Position numbers and translations under genes: made by a program | Sequence record: SRR22947727_966 | Reading direction: 5' to 3' (one strand) | Length of the DNA: 55,526 bases | Notes under the pieces: generated by a model | Seen by the model: only the letters and a program-made list of their open reading frames with translations | Databases searched by the model: none | What the model was told of the DNA's origin: nothing | Shown: positions 24,048 to 34,907 of the stretch, in pieces | Layout of the letters: each line of letters opens with the position of its first letter | Position numbering within the stretch: position 1 is the stretch's first letter

Positions 24048-25628
24048 TTACATCCTAAAGACGCCAAATTTTGTTTCATCGATTGGGGCATTGAGAGCCG
24101 CGCGCAGGGAGAGAGCCAAGACCTTGCGGCTGTCCCTCGGATCAATCACCCCATCATCCCACAATCGCGCGCTGGCGTAGAGCGGATCGGATTGCGTCTC
24201 AAACATCTCAAGCGTCGGCTGTTTGAATGCGGCTTCTTGCGCGGCGCTCCAGCTGCCACCGGCCCGCTCAATCGCATCACGTTTGACCGTGGCCAATACG
24301 CCGGCCGCTTGCGCCCCCCCCATGACGGCTGTGCGCGATGTCGGCCAGCTCCATAAAAACCGCGGTTGAAAGGCGCGGCCTGCCATACCGTAGTTGCCTG
24401 CCCCATAGCTGCCCCCGACAATCATGGTAATTTTCGGCACAGAGGTACAGGCGACCGCCGTGACCATTTTCGCCCCATGGCGCGCAATGCCCTCGTTCTC
24501 ATATTTTTGTCCCACCATAAATCCCGTAATATTTTGCAGGAAAATCAGCGGTGTTTTGCGTTGAGAGCAGAGTTCAACAAAATGCGCACCCTTTTGCGCC
24601 GCCTCGGAAAACAGCACACCATTATTGGCAACAATGCCAACCGGCATGCCCTCAATATGTGCAAACCCCGTGACCAAGGTGGTGCCAAATCGCGCTTTAA
24701 ATTCATCGAACGCACCGCCATCGGTCAACCGGCAAATCACATCGCGAATATCATAGGGCGTGGTTAAATCACTCGGGATCACATCAAAAATGTCATCCAT
24801 ACCAGGTGCTTGCGCGTTGCCCGCCGGCGCAAAGGCGGGTTGGGGTGGAGCGGCTGGCAGGTGGCGCACCGCCTCACGCGCCAGAGCCAGAGCATGGGTG
24901 TCATCTTCCGCCAAGTAATCGGCGACCCCCGACAGGCGCGTGTGCACATCTCCGCCGCCCAAGTCTTCCGCAGACACCACCTCGCCTGTGGCCGCTTTGA
25001 CCAATGGCGGCCCCGCGAGAAAAATCGTCCCCTGCTCTTTGACGATGATCGACACATCCGCCATGGCCGGCACATAGGCGCCCCCGGCCGTGCAAGACCC
25101 CATCACCACGGCAATCTGCGCCAAGCCTTTGGCAGACATCTGAGCTTGATTATAAAAAATGCGGCCAAAATGATCCCTATCTGGGAAAACCTCATCTTGG
25201 TTGGGCAAATTCGCCCCGCCACTATCGACCAAAGACACCACGGGCAGATGGCACTCTTGGGCAATTTCTTGGGCACGCAGATGTTTTTTCACGGTCATCG
25301 GATAATAGGTGCCGCCTTTCACGGTAGCATCATTGCAAATCACCATAACTTGGCGTCCATGCACTGTGCCGACACCTGTGATGAGCCCAGCGCAGGGTGC
25401 CGCGCCCTCGTACATACCATGGGCAGCGGTGGCCCCAACTTCTAAAAATGCGCTGCCGGGATCCAAGAGATTGGCAACCCGGTCCCGCGGCAACATTTTT
25501 CCGCGCGCCAGATGGCGGGCCCGCGCCGCATCACCGCCGCCTTGCGCAGCCTCCGCTGCGGCCTGCTCTACCCGCGCCAAAGCCTGCAGATGCAGCTGTT
25601 TGGCGGTTGAAGCTTCCATCTGTGTCAC
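24048..25628 (-). CDS. liuB: 3-methylcrotonyl-CoA carboxylase beta (carboxyltransferase) subunit
   Basis: [41 protein letters not shown]. Confidence 0.92.
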   Translation of the reverse strand: MTQMEASTAKQLHLQALARVEQAAAEAAQGGGDAARARHLARGKMLPRDRVANLLDPGSAFLEVGATAAHGMYEGAAPCAGLITGVGTVHGRQVMVICNDATVKGGTYYPMTVKKHLRAQEIAQECHLPVVSLVDSGGANLPNQDEVFPDRDHFGRIFYNQAQMSAKGLAQIAVVMGSCTAGGAYVPAMADVSIIVKEQGTIFLAGPPLVKAATGEVVSAEDLGGGDVHTRLSGVADYLAEDDTHALALAREAVRHLPAAPPQPAFAPAGNAQAPGMDDIFDVIPSDLTTPYDIRDVICRLTDGGAFDEFKARFGTTLVTGFAHIEGMPVGIVANNGVLFSEAAQKGAHFVELCSQRKTPLIFLQNITGFMVGQKYENEGIARHGAKMVTAVACTSVPKITMIVGGSYGAGNYGMAGRAFQPRFLWSWPTSRTAVMGGAQAAGVLATVKRDAIERAGGSWSAAQEAAFKQPTLEMFETQSDPLYASARLWDDGVIDPRDSRKVLALSLRAALNAPIDETKFGVFRM

Positions 25629-25640
25629 CGCGCGCCGCCT

Positions 25641-26126
25641 CTACTCTTTCAAAACACAATAGTCTGCGGTGGAGCGCCCTTCGAGACAGGCCGCATATTC
25701 ACCGCTCAAACCGACAAGCTCAGTGATCTGACAGCCAAGCTGCTTGGCAGCCAAACGTGGCTTGCCCTCAGGATCACCTTCGGCCCGGCATTTTTGCGAG
25801 ACATAGTTGATCCAACCGCTCAAAATACCTGCCAAATCTTCGGCAGATTTTACCGTGATGGCCTCGGTCACATCCTCCTGCAAAAGCCGCATTGTCGCGG
25901 TCCAGCCTTCGCGTTCGCTTTGCAGACAGGCCAAATGCGCGTCTGAGGCGACCTCCAAGCTGACGCAGGGCTCAAAAATCAAGCCCAGACATTGGCCCCA
26001 GCTGGTGTTTTGCCCCATGTTCTCTAAACACGCCATCGAATTCACATGCGCTTGCGACAATTTCGTCTCCGCCTGTGCCCCCATGGCCAATACCGCCAAT
26101 CCTAGGCTTAATAAAAATTTTTTCAT
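25641..26126 (-). CDS. Secreted cysteine-rich protein, possibly LprI/DUF1311-like
   Basis: Sec signal MKKFLL...AQA, eight Cys, ATGA overlap with the ivd stop. Confidence 0.65.
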   Translation of the reverse strand: MKKFLLSLGLAVLAMGAQAETKLSQAHVNSMACLENMGQNTSWGQCLGLIFEPCVSLEVASDAHLACLQSEREGWTATMRLLQEDVTEAITVKSAEDLAGILSGWINYVSQKCRAEGDPEGKPRLAAKQLGCQITELVGLSGEYAACLEGRSTADYCVLKE

Positions 26127-27286
26127 GACATTTTTCCCATCAATTCTCGGCCAACCAACATGCGACGAATTTCGCTCGTCCCGGCACCGATTTCCATCAA
26201 TTTTGCATCCCGAAACAGCCGCGCCACGGGTGCATCGTTCAAAAATCCTGCCCCGCCCAGCGCTTGCACGGCTTGGTGAGCCTGTTTCATAGCCTCTTCA
26301 CTGGCAAAGAGGCAGCAGGCCGCCGCGTCTTGGCGTGTCACCTCACCCCGATCACAGGCTTTGGCCACCTCATAGACATAGGCCCGCGCCGAGTTCATCG
26401 CTGTATACATATCGGCGATTTTACCCTGCATGAGTTGAAAACTGCCAATCGGTTGGCCGAATTGCTTGCGTTCTGCCACATAGGGCATGACCTCATCCAA
26501 ACAGGCCGCCATGATGCCCAAGCCAATACCGGCCAGGACCACGCGCTCATAGTCCAGGCCAGACATAAGGACCTTCGCTCCGGCACCCTCTTGTTGCAGC
26601 ACGTTCTCAAAGGGGACTTCCACATTGTCAAAGATCAGCTCCGCCGTATTCGACCCGCGCATGCCCAGCTTGTCGAAATGACCACTGGTGGAAAACCCCA
26701 CCATATCGCGTTCGATCAAAAAAGCGGTCAAACCGCGCGATCCGGCCTCGGGATCTGTTTTGGCATAAACCACCAAGACATCGGCATCTGGCCCATTGGT
26801 GATCCAGAATTTATTGCCATTGAGCCGATAGTATCCATTGCGCTTCTCGGCCCTTAGGCTCATCGAGATGACATCCGAGCCCGCGCCCGCCTCACTCATC
26901 GCCAATGCGCCAACGTGATCGCCAGAGATGAGTTTGGGCAGATATTTTCGTTTTTGCTCTGGGGTTCCATTAAGGTTGATCTGATTGACGCAGAGATTCG
27001 AATGCGCCCCGTAGGACAGGCTGACACTGGCCGAGGCTCGGGCGATTTCTTCAATCACCACGGTATGGGCCAAATAGCCCAGGCCGCCGCCGCCAAAGTC
27101 TTCATCTACGGTGACCCCAAGGACCCCAAGATCCCCCAATTGCTTCCACAGCTGCGCAGGAAATTGATTGTCGCGATCCACATCTGCAGCCAAGGGTTTA
27201 ATCTGTTCCTGTGCAAAACGATGCACCAATGTCTGAAGAGCGTGGATATCCTCTCCTAGATCGAAACGCATACTGGCTGTAAACAT
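26123..27286 (-). CDS. ivd: Isovaleryl-CoA dehydrogenase
   Basis: [41 protein letters not shown]; start moved to ATG 27286 (MFTASMRF). Confidence 0.93.
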   Translation of the reverse strand: MFTASMRFDLGEDIHALQTLVHRFAQEQIKPLAADVDRDNQFPAQLWKQLGDLGVLGVTVDEDFGGGGLGYLAHTVVIEEIARASASVSLSYGAHSNLCVNQINLNGTPEQKRKYLPKLISGDHVGALAMSEAGAGSDVISMSLRAEKRNGYYRLNGNKFWITNGPDADVLVVYAKTDPEAGSRGLTAFLIERDMVGFSTSGHFDKLGMRGSNTAELIFDNVEVPFENVLQQEGAGAKVLMSGLDYERVVLAGIGLGIMAACLDEVMPYVAERKQFGQPIGSFQLMQGKIADMYTAMNSARAYVYEVAKACDRGEVTRQDAAACCLFASEEAMKQAHQAVQALGGAGFLNDAPVARLFRDAKLMEIGAGTSEIRRMLVGRELMGKMS

Positions 27287-27301
27287 AGAACCCTCATTTA
27301 C

Positions 27302-27315
27302 TGAACGCTTGTTCA
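27302..27315. promoter_or_regulatory. Inverted repeat TGAAC-N4-GTTCA, candidate operator of the liu cluster
   Basis: Dyad in AT-rich DNA 15 nt upstream of the ivd start. Confidence 0.45.
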
Positions 27316-27396
27316 ATTTAAGCAAAGTTTCACCGGCCTGTCCAGCCTAAGCACTCGGCCGGTGGCAAATAAACCCGAAAAGACCGGGCAGAGGTC

Positions 27397-28590
27397 TCAC
27401 GCCCCCTTTGCCTCTTGAGCCACTTCCTCGGCGATAATACGCGCCACAATGGCGCAATCATCCAAAGAGAAGGTCAAAGGCAGACGCATATCAATCACAC
27501 CGTGCAAAATACGATCACTCTTGGGCATGGCACTGCTGGGCGCATAGGTCCAGCTGTCATAACGGCTGGTGAAACCGACCGGATCTGGGGCCCCAAACCA
27601 TTTAAGCTCCACCCCGCGGGCCAAACAGCGCGCCAGAACAGAACGGATCGCCCCCGATGACCAATCGAGCAATAGGAACTGATAGGAGGAGGCAACAAAT
27701 TTTTCTTGCTGCGGCCGCTTGATGCGCGTGAGGCCTGCAACCTGGGCAAGCCCCTGGTCCACGACATGATAGCGATCATTCCAAGCTGCGCATTGCGCCT
27801 CGAGCTGGCGCAGCTGAGGGCGCAGAATGGCGGCGCGCAGATTGTCCATCCGCCCTGAAATATTGGGGGTGACGAGACGCACCGCCTCAAAAGCCTCAAT
27901 CGGCGGCCCCGCGCGATGTTTGCCATAGAGCATATAGCTGCCTGACAGCATAATGGCCCGCGCCATGATCTCATCATCCTCACAGATCAGGAGGCCGCCT
28001 TCGCCAGAGTTCACATGCTTATATGTCTGGCAGGAGTAACAGCCGATGATGCCTGAGCGTCCCGACCAAGTATCGCCCCATTTTGCGCCCATCGTATGGG
28101 CACAGTCTTCAATCACCTTGAGATCATGCGCCTGCGCCAAATCCATCAAAGCATCCATATCCACGATATGTCCACGCATATGCGACAGCATCAAAACATC
28201 GGCTTGATCGGCCTTAGCTGCCAAATCGTCAAGATCAATAACCAACCCTTCGGTCACACCCACAAAAACGGGCACAGCACCGACCGAGGCAATGGCCCCA
28301 GGCACCGGCGCCAAAGTGAAAGCATTGGTCAAAACCCGATCACCTGGCTTCACGCCCAGCGCGCGCAGAGCTGTGGCCAGCGCATAGCCGCCAGAGGCCA
28401 CAGCGAGGCAATAGCGCGCGCCCATTTGCCCGGCAAATTCCTGCTCCAAGAGCGCGGTTTCGGACACCTCGCCCGCCGCCTCATTGTAGCGATGCAGCCG
28501 CCCATGCTGCATGACCGCCACGGCCGCCGCGATGGATTCGTCCAAAATGGGTTCTTGCTGGGTGAAATTGCCCGTGAAAATCTCTGTCAT
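27397..28590 (-). CDS. DegT/DnrJ/EryC1/StrS-family PLP aminotransferase
   Basis: IEDCAH and SCQTYKHVNSGEGG (PLP lysine); start moved to ATG 28590. Confidence 0.88.
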   Translation of the reverse strand: MTEIFTGNFTQQEPILDESIAAAVAVMQHGRLHRYNEAAGEVSETALLEQEFAGQMGARYCLAVASGGYALATALRALGVKPGDRVLTNAFTLAPVPGAIASVGAVPVFVGVTEGLVIDLDDLAAKADQADVLMLSHMRGHIVDMDALMDLAQAHDLKVIEDCAHTMGAKWGDTWSGRSGIIGCYSCQTYKHVNSGEGGLLICEDDEIMARAIMLSGSYMLYGKHRAGPPIEAFEAVRLVTPNISGRMDNLRAAILRPQLRQLEAQCAAWNDRYHVVDQGLAQVAGLTRIKRPQQEKFVASSYQFLLLDWSSGAIRSVLARCLARGVELKWFGAPDPVGFTSRYDSWTYAPSSAMPKSDRILHGVIDMRLPLTFSLDDCAIVARIIAEEVAQEAKGA

Positions 28591-28706
28591 GCGGCAGGTT
28601 TTGGTCTTGCTGCGGGCAAAGTCAATCCACTTTTGCCCGCCATGTCGCAAACAGATCAGAATTTGCGCGCTTGCGGCGCAGGCTTGAGACCATGGGAGGA
28701 GCCGAT

Positions 28707-30023
28707 ATGACGACACCAGAGGGGATTTTATACTTCATCGCCGAGCTCACCTGGGACGACCTGCCACCGCAGGTGCGCAGGCAAAGCAAATTGTGCCTTC
28801 TGGATCTCATCGGCGTTGGAGCCGGTGGCGCTGGCACAAAATTGTCGCGCATTATTCGCGACTATAGCGCCTTGGATATGGGCGGCGCGCTGCCCATGAT
28901 GTTCGATGGGCGTGGGGCCTCCGTCTCTGGCGTGGCGCTTGCGGGCGGGATGACCATTGATGCGCTTGATGGCCATGATGGGTTTAACCCGGCCAAAGGG
29001 CACGCGGGCTGCGGCGTGCTGCCGGCGCTTTATGGGCTGGCGCAAGAGTTGGGCGATGTCTCGGGTCAGGAATTTTTGCTCTGCCTCACGCTTGGCTATG
29101 AGCTGGCCTGCCGTACCGCTATGGCACAGCATGCCAGCGTTCCAGATTATCACACCTCTGGCGCTTGGGTGGCCGTGGCGGTTGCCGGCCTGGCCGCACG
29201 CCTGATGGGGCTGGACCGCGCGCAGACCGCACATGCCATGGGAATTGCAGAATATCACGGCCCCCGGAGCCAAATGATGCGCTGTATCGATCACCCAACA
29301 ATGCTCAAGGATGGCTCCGGTTGGGGGGCAATGTGCGGGGTCTCTGCGGCACGTTTGGCCGCGCGCGGCTTCACCGGCGCCCCTGCGCTCACACTCAGCA
29401 CAGACCATTGGCGAGATTTGGGAGACACTTGGCTGATCTGTCAACAATATTTCAAGCCCTACCCCGTCTGCCGTTGGGCACAAGCACCGATTACGGCGGT
29501 GCTGGACCTGCAAAAACGCCATGGCTTTGACAGCCGAGCCATCACGGGGCTGCATATCGTATCCTTTCACGAATCCGTGCGATTGGGCACAAAACAGGTC
29601 ACAACGACCGAAGAGGCGCAGTATTCAACCTCCTTCCCATGCGCTCTCGCCTTGGTGCATGGCACCGTCTTGCCCGAACATGTCGCTGAGGCAGCACTGG
29701 ACGACCCGGAGGTTCAGCGTCTGTCTTCGATACTAACGATGGGCGAGGATGCGGCAGCGAATAAAGCCTTTCCCAACCGGCGCATGGCGCGCGCTGAGAT
29801 TACCTTGGCGGCCGGAGACCGCCTGCTATCGGACTGGTTCGAACCGGAATGGGACCCGACCGACCCGCCAAGCAAAGAAGATTTGGAAGCAAAATTTTTT
29901 AACTATGCCGGCCCGGTTCTCGGCCAGGCGCGCAGTCAAGCGATCCACCGCGCCATTGAGACGCTGGGCCACACCGCCAGCGCACAGCCCTTGCTTGATC
30001 TTTTGGCTCAACCGATCAGCTGA
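28707..30023 (+). CDS. MmgE/PrpD-family protein
   Basis: LLDLIGV..AG, LDGHDG...GH, GYE, FKPYPVCRW, EAQYS; ATG after GGAGGA. Confidence 0.88.
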   Translation: MTTPEGILYFIAELTWDDLPPQVRRQSKLCLLDLIGVGAGGAGTKLSRIIRDYSALDMGGALPMMFDGRGASVSGVALAGGMTIDALDGHDGFNPAKGHAGCGVLPALYGLAQELGDVSGQEFLLCLTLGYELACRTAMAQHASVPDYHTSGAWVAVAVAGLAARLMGLDRAQTAHAMGIAEYHGPRSQMMRCIDHPTMLKDGSGWGAMCGVSAARLAARGFTGAPALTLSTDHWRDLGDTWLICQQYFKPYPVCRWAQAPITAVLDLQKRHGFDSRAITGLHIVSFHESVRLGTKQVTTTEEAQYSTSFPCALALVHGTVLPEHVAEAALDDPEVQRLSSILTMGEDAAANKAFPNRRMARAEITLAAGDRLLSDWFEPEWDPTDPPSKEDLEAKFFNYAGPVLGQARSQAIHRAIETLGHTASAQPLLDLLAQPIS

Positions 30024-30676
30024 GCGACCACATCGGGCAGATCATCAAAGTGATGCAGTAAAGCTGCGGGCGCCAAGGCCTCCATATCGCCCCCGCCCGG
30101 CCCAAAGGTCACCAGCACCGATGGGATGTCAGCATTTGCGGCGGTTGAACGGTCCGTGACCGTATCCCCAATCAAACAGACCCGCGCGCGATCCCCACCG
30201 GCGCGCTCCACCGCCTCCCACAGGGGCGCCGGGTCCGGTTTGCGCTGCGCCAGCGTATCTGCGCCCACCAAAGCGTCAAAATAGGCGCTGGCGTTTAAAG
30301 CCTGCATCAACTGCACCGCCAGAGCTTCAGGCTTATTGGTGCAAATCGCCACCGCATATCCAGAGGCACGCAGCCGGGCCACTGCGTTCAGAGCACCGGG
30401 GTAAAAGACCGTCAGCTCCGAGATATCGGCACCGTAGGCCTGCAATAAAATTGGATATTGCCGATCTATTTCAGACATATCCGCCCAGCCGGCCCGCTCG
30501 AACCCAGCGCTGAGCATCGCCCGCCCGCCGCGCAAGGCAATGCCGCTGTCCTGTGGCGCCTGCAGCAGATCACCCAGCCCAAGGCCGCGAAAACAGCTGT
30601 TGGCCGCTTTGAGCAAATCTCCACTTGTATCGGCAAGCGTGCCATCCAGATCAAAGACCACGCAGGGTTTGAGCAT
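30008..30676 (-). CDS. gph: HAD phosphatase, phosphoglycolate phosphatase-like
   Basis: FDLDGTLAD, CTNK, KPDP, IGD; divergent from glmU; start moved to ATG 30676. Confidence 0.8.
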   Translation of the reverse strand: MLKPCVVFDLDGTLADTSGDLLKAANSCFRGLGLGDLLQAPQDSGIALRGGRAMLSAGFERAGWADMSEIDRQYPILLQAYGADISELTVFYPGALNAVARLRASGYAVAICTNKPEALAVQLMQALNASAYFDALVGADTLAQRKPDPAPLWEAVERAGGDRARVCLIGDTVTDRSTAANADIPSVLVTFGPGGGDMEALAPAALLHHFDDLPDVVAQLIG

Positions 30677-30794
30677 ATTCTTGCCTCTTTGGTTACGCCG
30701 ATTGCAAAAAGCCGAGTTTGTGCAAAACAGCTTGTCGATTTCCCTTATACCCTTAAAAGGGCTCCACTGATTTATAAAGGACTTAGATCCGCAA

Positions 30795-32153
30795 ATGAAT
30801 ATCGCACTCATCATTCTTGCCGCGGGAAAAGGCACCCGAATGCAATCTGAACTGCCAAAAGTTTTGCACGAGGTGGCCGGTGCCCCCATGTTGGTCCACG
30901 CTATGCGCGCCGGGCGGGCCTTGGACCCTAAACGGACGATTATTATCGCTGGCCATGGCTTTGAGGCGGTGAGCGCTGCTGCATGCGCCGAAGATCCAGA
31001 GGTGGAAGTTGTGCGGCAAGAAGCCCAATTGGGCACCGGTCACGCCGTCGATCAAGCCCGCGCCGCATTGAGTGATTTTGATGGAACCGTCATTGTTCTT
31101 TACGGTGATTGCCCCCTTATTCAATCGCGCACCCTCGAGGAATTAAGCGCCACGCTCAGCGACTCGGCCGTCTCAGTGCTTGGATTTGAGGCGAACGATC
31201 CGGCGCGATATGGCCGGTTGATCACAAATGGTGACAAATTGAAGCGAATTGTTGAATTCAAAGACGCCAGCCCCGCCGAAAGAGCGGTGAGCCTTTGCAA
31301 CAGCGGCGTCATGGCCGCCTCCGCGGGCCTCCTCTTCGATTTATTGTCAGAAATTGATGCGAACAACGCCTCCGGGGAGCTCTATTTAACCGATGTCATT
31401 GGCAAGGCCGTGGCGCGCGGCTTGCCATGCACGGCAGTTCGTTGCGCAGAGCGCGAAACGCTTGGCGTCAACAGCCGGGTTGAATTGATGCAGGCAGAAA
31501 AAGAGTTCCAAAATCTGCGCCGCACGGAGGCTTTAGAGGATGGCGTGACTATGCCGGCCCCCGAAACCGTGCATTTTTCCTATGATACCGTCATTGGTCG
31601 CGATACAATCATTGAGCAAAACGTGGTTTTCGGCCCGGGTGTCACGGTCGAAAGCGGCGCTCAGATCCGCGCGTTTTCACATTTGGAAGGCGCGCATGTC
31701 TCGCGCGGTTGCATCATTGGCCCATATGCCCGCCTACGCCCCGGCGCGGAACTGGCCGAGGATGTCAAAATTGGCAATTTTGTGGAAATCAAAGCCAGCG
31801 CTCTCGAAGAAGGCGCTAAGGTCAACCACCTGTCCTATATTGGCGATGCGCACATCGGCGCCAGGGCCAATATTGGCGCCGGTACGGTCACCTGCAACTA
31901 TGATGGGGTGATGAAGCATCACACAAGTATAGGCGAAGAGGCCTTTATCGGCTCAAACACAATGCTGGTTGCACCGGTCACCGTCGGGCAAGAAGCTATG
32001 ACCGCCAGCGGATCGGTGATCACGCAGGATGTGCCCGCCGGAAGTCTGGCCATTGCCCGCGCCAAACAAGACAATAAACCTGGATTGGCTTTGAAATTAA
32101 TGAAAAAATTGCGCGCGCTTAAGGCCGCAAGACGAAATAAGACGAAGGATTGA
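30795..32153 (+). CDS. glmU: Bifunctional GlcNAc-1-P uridyltransferase / glucosamine-1-P acetyltransferase
   Basis: LAAGKGTRMQSELPK, QLGTGHA, hexapeptide repeats, NYDG. Confidence 0.97.
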   Translation: MNIALIILAAGKGTRMQSELPKVLHEVAGAPMLVHAMRAGRALDPKRTIIIAGHGFEAVSAAACAEDPEVEVVRQEAQLGTGHAVDQARAALSDFDGTVIVLYGDCPLIQSRTLEELSATLSDSAVSVLGFEANDPARYGRLITNGDKLKRIVEFKDASPAERAVSLCNSGVMAASAGLLFDLLSEIDANNASGELYLTDVIGKAVARGLPCTAVRCAERETLGVNSRVELMQAEKEFQNLRRTEALEDGVTMPAPETVHFSYDTVIGRDTIIEQNVVFGPGVTVESGAQIRAFSHLEGAHVSRGCIIGPYARLRPGAELAEDVKIGNFVEIKASALEEGAKVNHLSYIGDAHIGARANIGAGTVTCNYDGVMKHHTSIGEEAFIGSNTMLVAPVTVGQEAMTASGSVITQDVPAGSLAIARAKQDNKPGLALKLMKKLRALKAARRNKTKD

Positions 32154-32157
32154 ACCC

Positions 32158-33981
32158 ATGTGCGGAATTGTTGGCGTATTAGGAAATCACCAAGTCGCTC
32201 CAATCTTGATCGAAGCGCTCAAACGCCTGGAATACCGCGGCTATGACAGCGCCGGCATCGCCACGGTCAACGCAGGCCATCTCGAACGCCGCCGGGCCGT
32301 TGGCAAGCTGGTAAACCTGTCGGACCGTTTGGTTGACGACCCCTTGTCGGGCAAAGCGGGCATAGGCCATACCCGCTGGGCAACCCATGGCGCCCCCACC
32401 ACCTTAAACGCCCATCCCCATAAAGCTGGGCCTGTGGCTGTGGTGCACAATGGCATTGTTGAAAATTTTAAGGAATTACGCACAGAATTAAACGCTCTCG
32501 GACTGACCCATGAGACCGACACAGACACGGAAACCGTGGCGCTTTTAACCCAATATTACATGTCGCAAGGCCACAGCCCCCAAGAGGCCGCGCAAAAAAC
32601 CATAGCCCGCCTAGAGGGGGCCTTCGCCCTCGCGTTTCTCTTTCAAGGCGAAGATGACTTGATGATTGCGGCGCGCAAAGGCTCTCCATTGGCCATCGGG
32701 CACGGCGATGGTGAAGCCTATGTGGGCTCGGATGCCATCGCATTGGCCCCTCTGACAGATAAAATCACCTATCTCGAAGAGGGTGATTTTGCCGTGATCA
32801 CCCGATCATCTATTGAAATTTATGACGAAAATGGCACTCTGGCCAATCGCGAGATGCGCACAATCGCCATCGATGCCGCACGCGTCGACAAAGGTGGCTA
32901 TAAGCACTTCATGGCCAAAGAGATTGCCGAGCAACCGTCGGTGCTCAAAAACACGCTGAGCCATTACCAAAACGCGGATGCCTCAGAGGTTGAGCTGCCA
33001 GACCATAATATTGATCTGGCCCATATTGACCGGCTGACCATGGTGGCCTGCGGCACGGCCTTTTATGCGGCTCTGACGGCGAAATATTGGTTTGAAAAGA
33101 TTGCGCGCGTGCCAGTCGATGTCGATGTTGCCTCCGAGTTTCGCTACCGTGAGCCCCCGGTCAGCCCTGGAACCTGCGCCCTCTTTGTCAGCCAATCGGG
33201 TGAGACCGCCGACACGCTGGCCGCGCTGCGCTATATGGCCTCACAAAACGCAACCATCCTATCGGTGGTGAACGTGCCCGAAAGCTCCATTGCGCGGGAA
33301 AGTGATCTTGTTTTGCCGCTGCATGCGGGGGTCGAAATTGGTGTGGCCTCGACCAAGGCCTTCACCGCGCAGCTGACAGTCCTGGCCCTTCTTGCGATCA
33401 AAATTGCCTATGCGCGGGGCACAATTGATGCCGCGCAATATCGCGCCCATATCGCAGAGCTGAACCGCCTGCCCGGTCTGATCAGTACAGCGCTCGGCAT
33501 TGATGGCGCTGTGCAAGACATTTCCAAAAAATTAGCAACGGCGCAGGATATCATCTTCTTAGGACGGGGTGCGCTCTACCCTCTCGCCATGGAGGGCGCC
33601 CTGAAATTAAAAGAAATCAGCTATATACACGCCGAAGGTTATCCTTCAGGTGAGCTGAAACACGGACCCATTGCTCTGATCGACAAGACTGTGCCGGTGG
33701 TGGTCATGGCCCCCATGGATCCTCTTTTCGACAAATCAGTCTCCAATATGCAAGAGGTCATGGCCCGGTCTGGCCAAGTGCTGTTGATCTCCTGCAAGCA
33801 AGGGCTAAAGACAGCGGCGGAGGGCACCTGGGCACAAATCACAATGCCCACAACCCCCGATCTTCTGGCCCCCATCATCTACGCCATCCCCGCGCAACTG
33901 CTCGCCTATCATACGGCACTGGCCAAGGGCACTGATGCCGATCAACCCCGCAACCTGGCCAAGTCTGTCACAGTGGAATAA
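32158..33981 (+). CDS. glmS: Glutamine-fructose-6-phosphate aminotransferase
   Basis: MCGIVG, GHTRWATHG, SQSGET, PRNLAKSVTVE. Confidence 0.98.
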   Translation: MCGIVGVLGNHQVAPILIEALKRLEYRGYDSAGIATVNAGHLERRRAVGKLVNLSDRLVDDPLSGKAGIGHTRWATHGAPTTLNAHPHKAGPVAVVHNGIVENFKELRTELNALGLTHETDTDTETVALLTQYYMSQGHSPQEAAQKTIARLEGAFALAFLFQGEDDLMIAARKGSPLAIGHGDGEAYVGSDAIALAPLTDKITYLEEGDFAVITRSSIEIYDENGTLANREMRTIAIDAARVDKGGYKHFMAKEIAEQPSVLKNTLSHYQNADASEVELPDHNIDLAHIDRLTMVACGTAFYAALTAKYWFEKIARVPVDVDVASEFRYREPPVSPGTCALFVSQSGETADTLAALRYMASQNATILSVVNVPESSIARESDLVLPLHAGVEIGVASTKAFTAQLTVLALLAIKIAYARGTIDAAQYRAHIAELNRLPGLISTALGIDGAVQDISKKLATAQDIIFLGRGALYPLAMEGALKLKEISYIHAEGYPSGELKHGPIALIDKTVPVVVMAPMDPLFDKSVSNMQEVMARSGQVLLISCKQGLKTAAEGTWAQITMPTTPDLLAPIIYAIPAQLLAYHTALAKGTDADQPRNLAKSVTVE

Positions 33982-34197
33982 CTGAAAACATGCAGGCCTC
34001 GGGTATAGGGTATTGGCCTGTCCCGGTGAAAGTGACTGCATCTCACTGTTGGTATCAACATGGCTGTGATGACAAAAAAACAAGGCCCGAAAAGGATATG
34101 AGTTCAAAATCACGCGTGTTCTTTCCATTTTGAAAAGGACGAAGCTGCGAGATAAAAGATCGAACATCAATCATGACCAAAACTTGAGGTTTTCAGA

Positions 34198-34767
34198 ATG
34201 AACCCAACAAACGTACCGGTCACACGCTCGGACAGGATAAGCATCAGACTTGCTCAAGGCACAGACTTGGCATCTATCCAATCGGTTATTGAAGCTGCGT
34301 TTGCGGCTGAAGAGAATAAGCTTATTCGTGATTTATCTGCTGATCTTTTCAAAGAGACCACGCGCCCCCCGATCAAGTCATTGGTTGCTGAGCTCGGCGG
34401 CAAACTGATTGGCTATGTGTGCTATAGCCCCGTATTTTTGAAATCAACAACTGACGTCTCTGGATATATTCTTTCTCCACTTGCGGTATCTCCAGAATAT
34501 CAAAGCCAAGGTGTCGGCTCCGCTCTCATTAACTCTGGAATGGACATGCTCACAAAGGATGGTGTTGGCGTTTTACTGGTCTATGGTGACCCTGATTACT
34601 ATCAAAAATTTGGTTTTAAGGAAGAAATTGGACGTTTATTCGTTCCACCATACCCATTGACGTATCCTGTCGGTTGGACGGGAATGACGTTGAATGCAAT
34701 CACAACTCCCGACACACCGACTAAGTTTGAATGTGTGTCTGCTCTGTCGAAACCTGCCTTATGGTGA
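34198..34767 (+). CDS. GNAT N-acetyltransferase (YhbS-like)
   Basis: LSPLAVSPEYQSQGVGSAL acetyl-CoA motif and GDPDYYQKFGF; AT-richer than its neighbours. Confidence 0.88.
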   Translation: MNPTNVPVTRSDRISIRLAQGTDLASIQSVIEAAFAAEENKLIRDLSADLFKETTRPPIKSLVAELGGKLIGYVCYSPVFLKSTTDVSGYILSPLAVSPEYQSQGVGSALINSGMDMLTKDGVGVLLVYGDPDYYQKFGFKEEIGRLFVPPYPLTYPVGWTGMTLNAITTPDTPTKFECVSALSKPALW

Positions 34768-34907
34768 TGATGAGGTTAAAAGAGAAATATTATCCAAGCG
34801 GATAAAATGAGCGCGATCACTGGACCTCTTGGGGTGAATGGGCCATGAGCTGTCGGGTCACAGCACAGAATCTGTTGCGATTGAACACGCACCTGAGGGC
34901 CCAGAAT

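Noticed and set aside
34065..34085. TGTGATGACAAAAAAA as a possible Tn7-like end
   Set aside because: No matching opposite end, repeated TnsB sites or target duplication, and it lies farther from glmS than the canonical insertion point.
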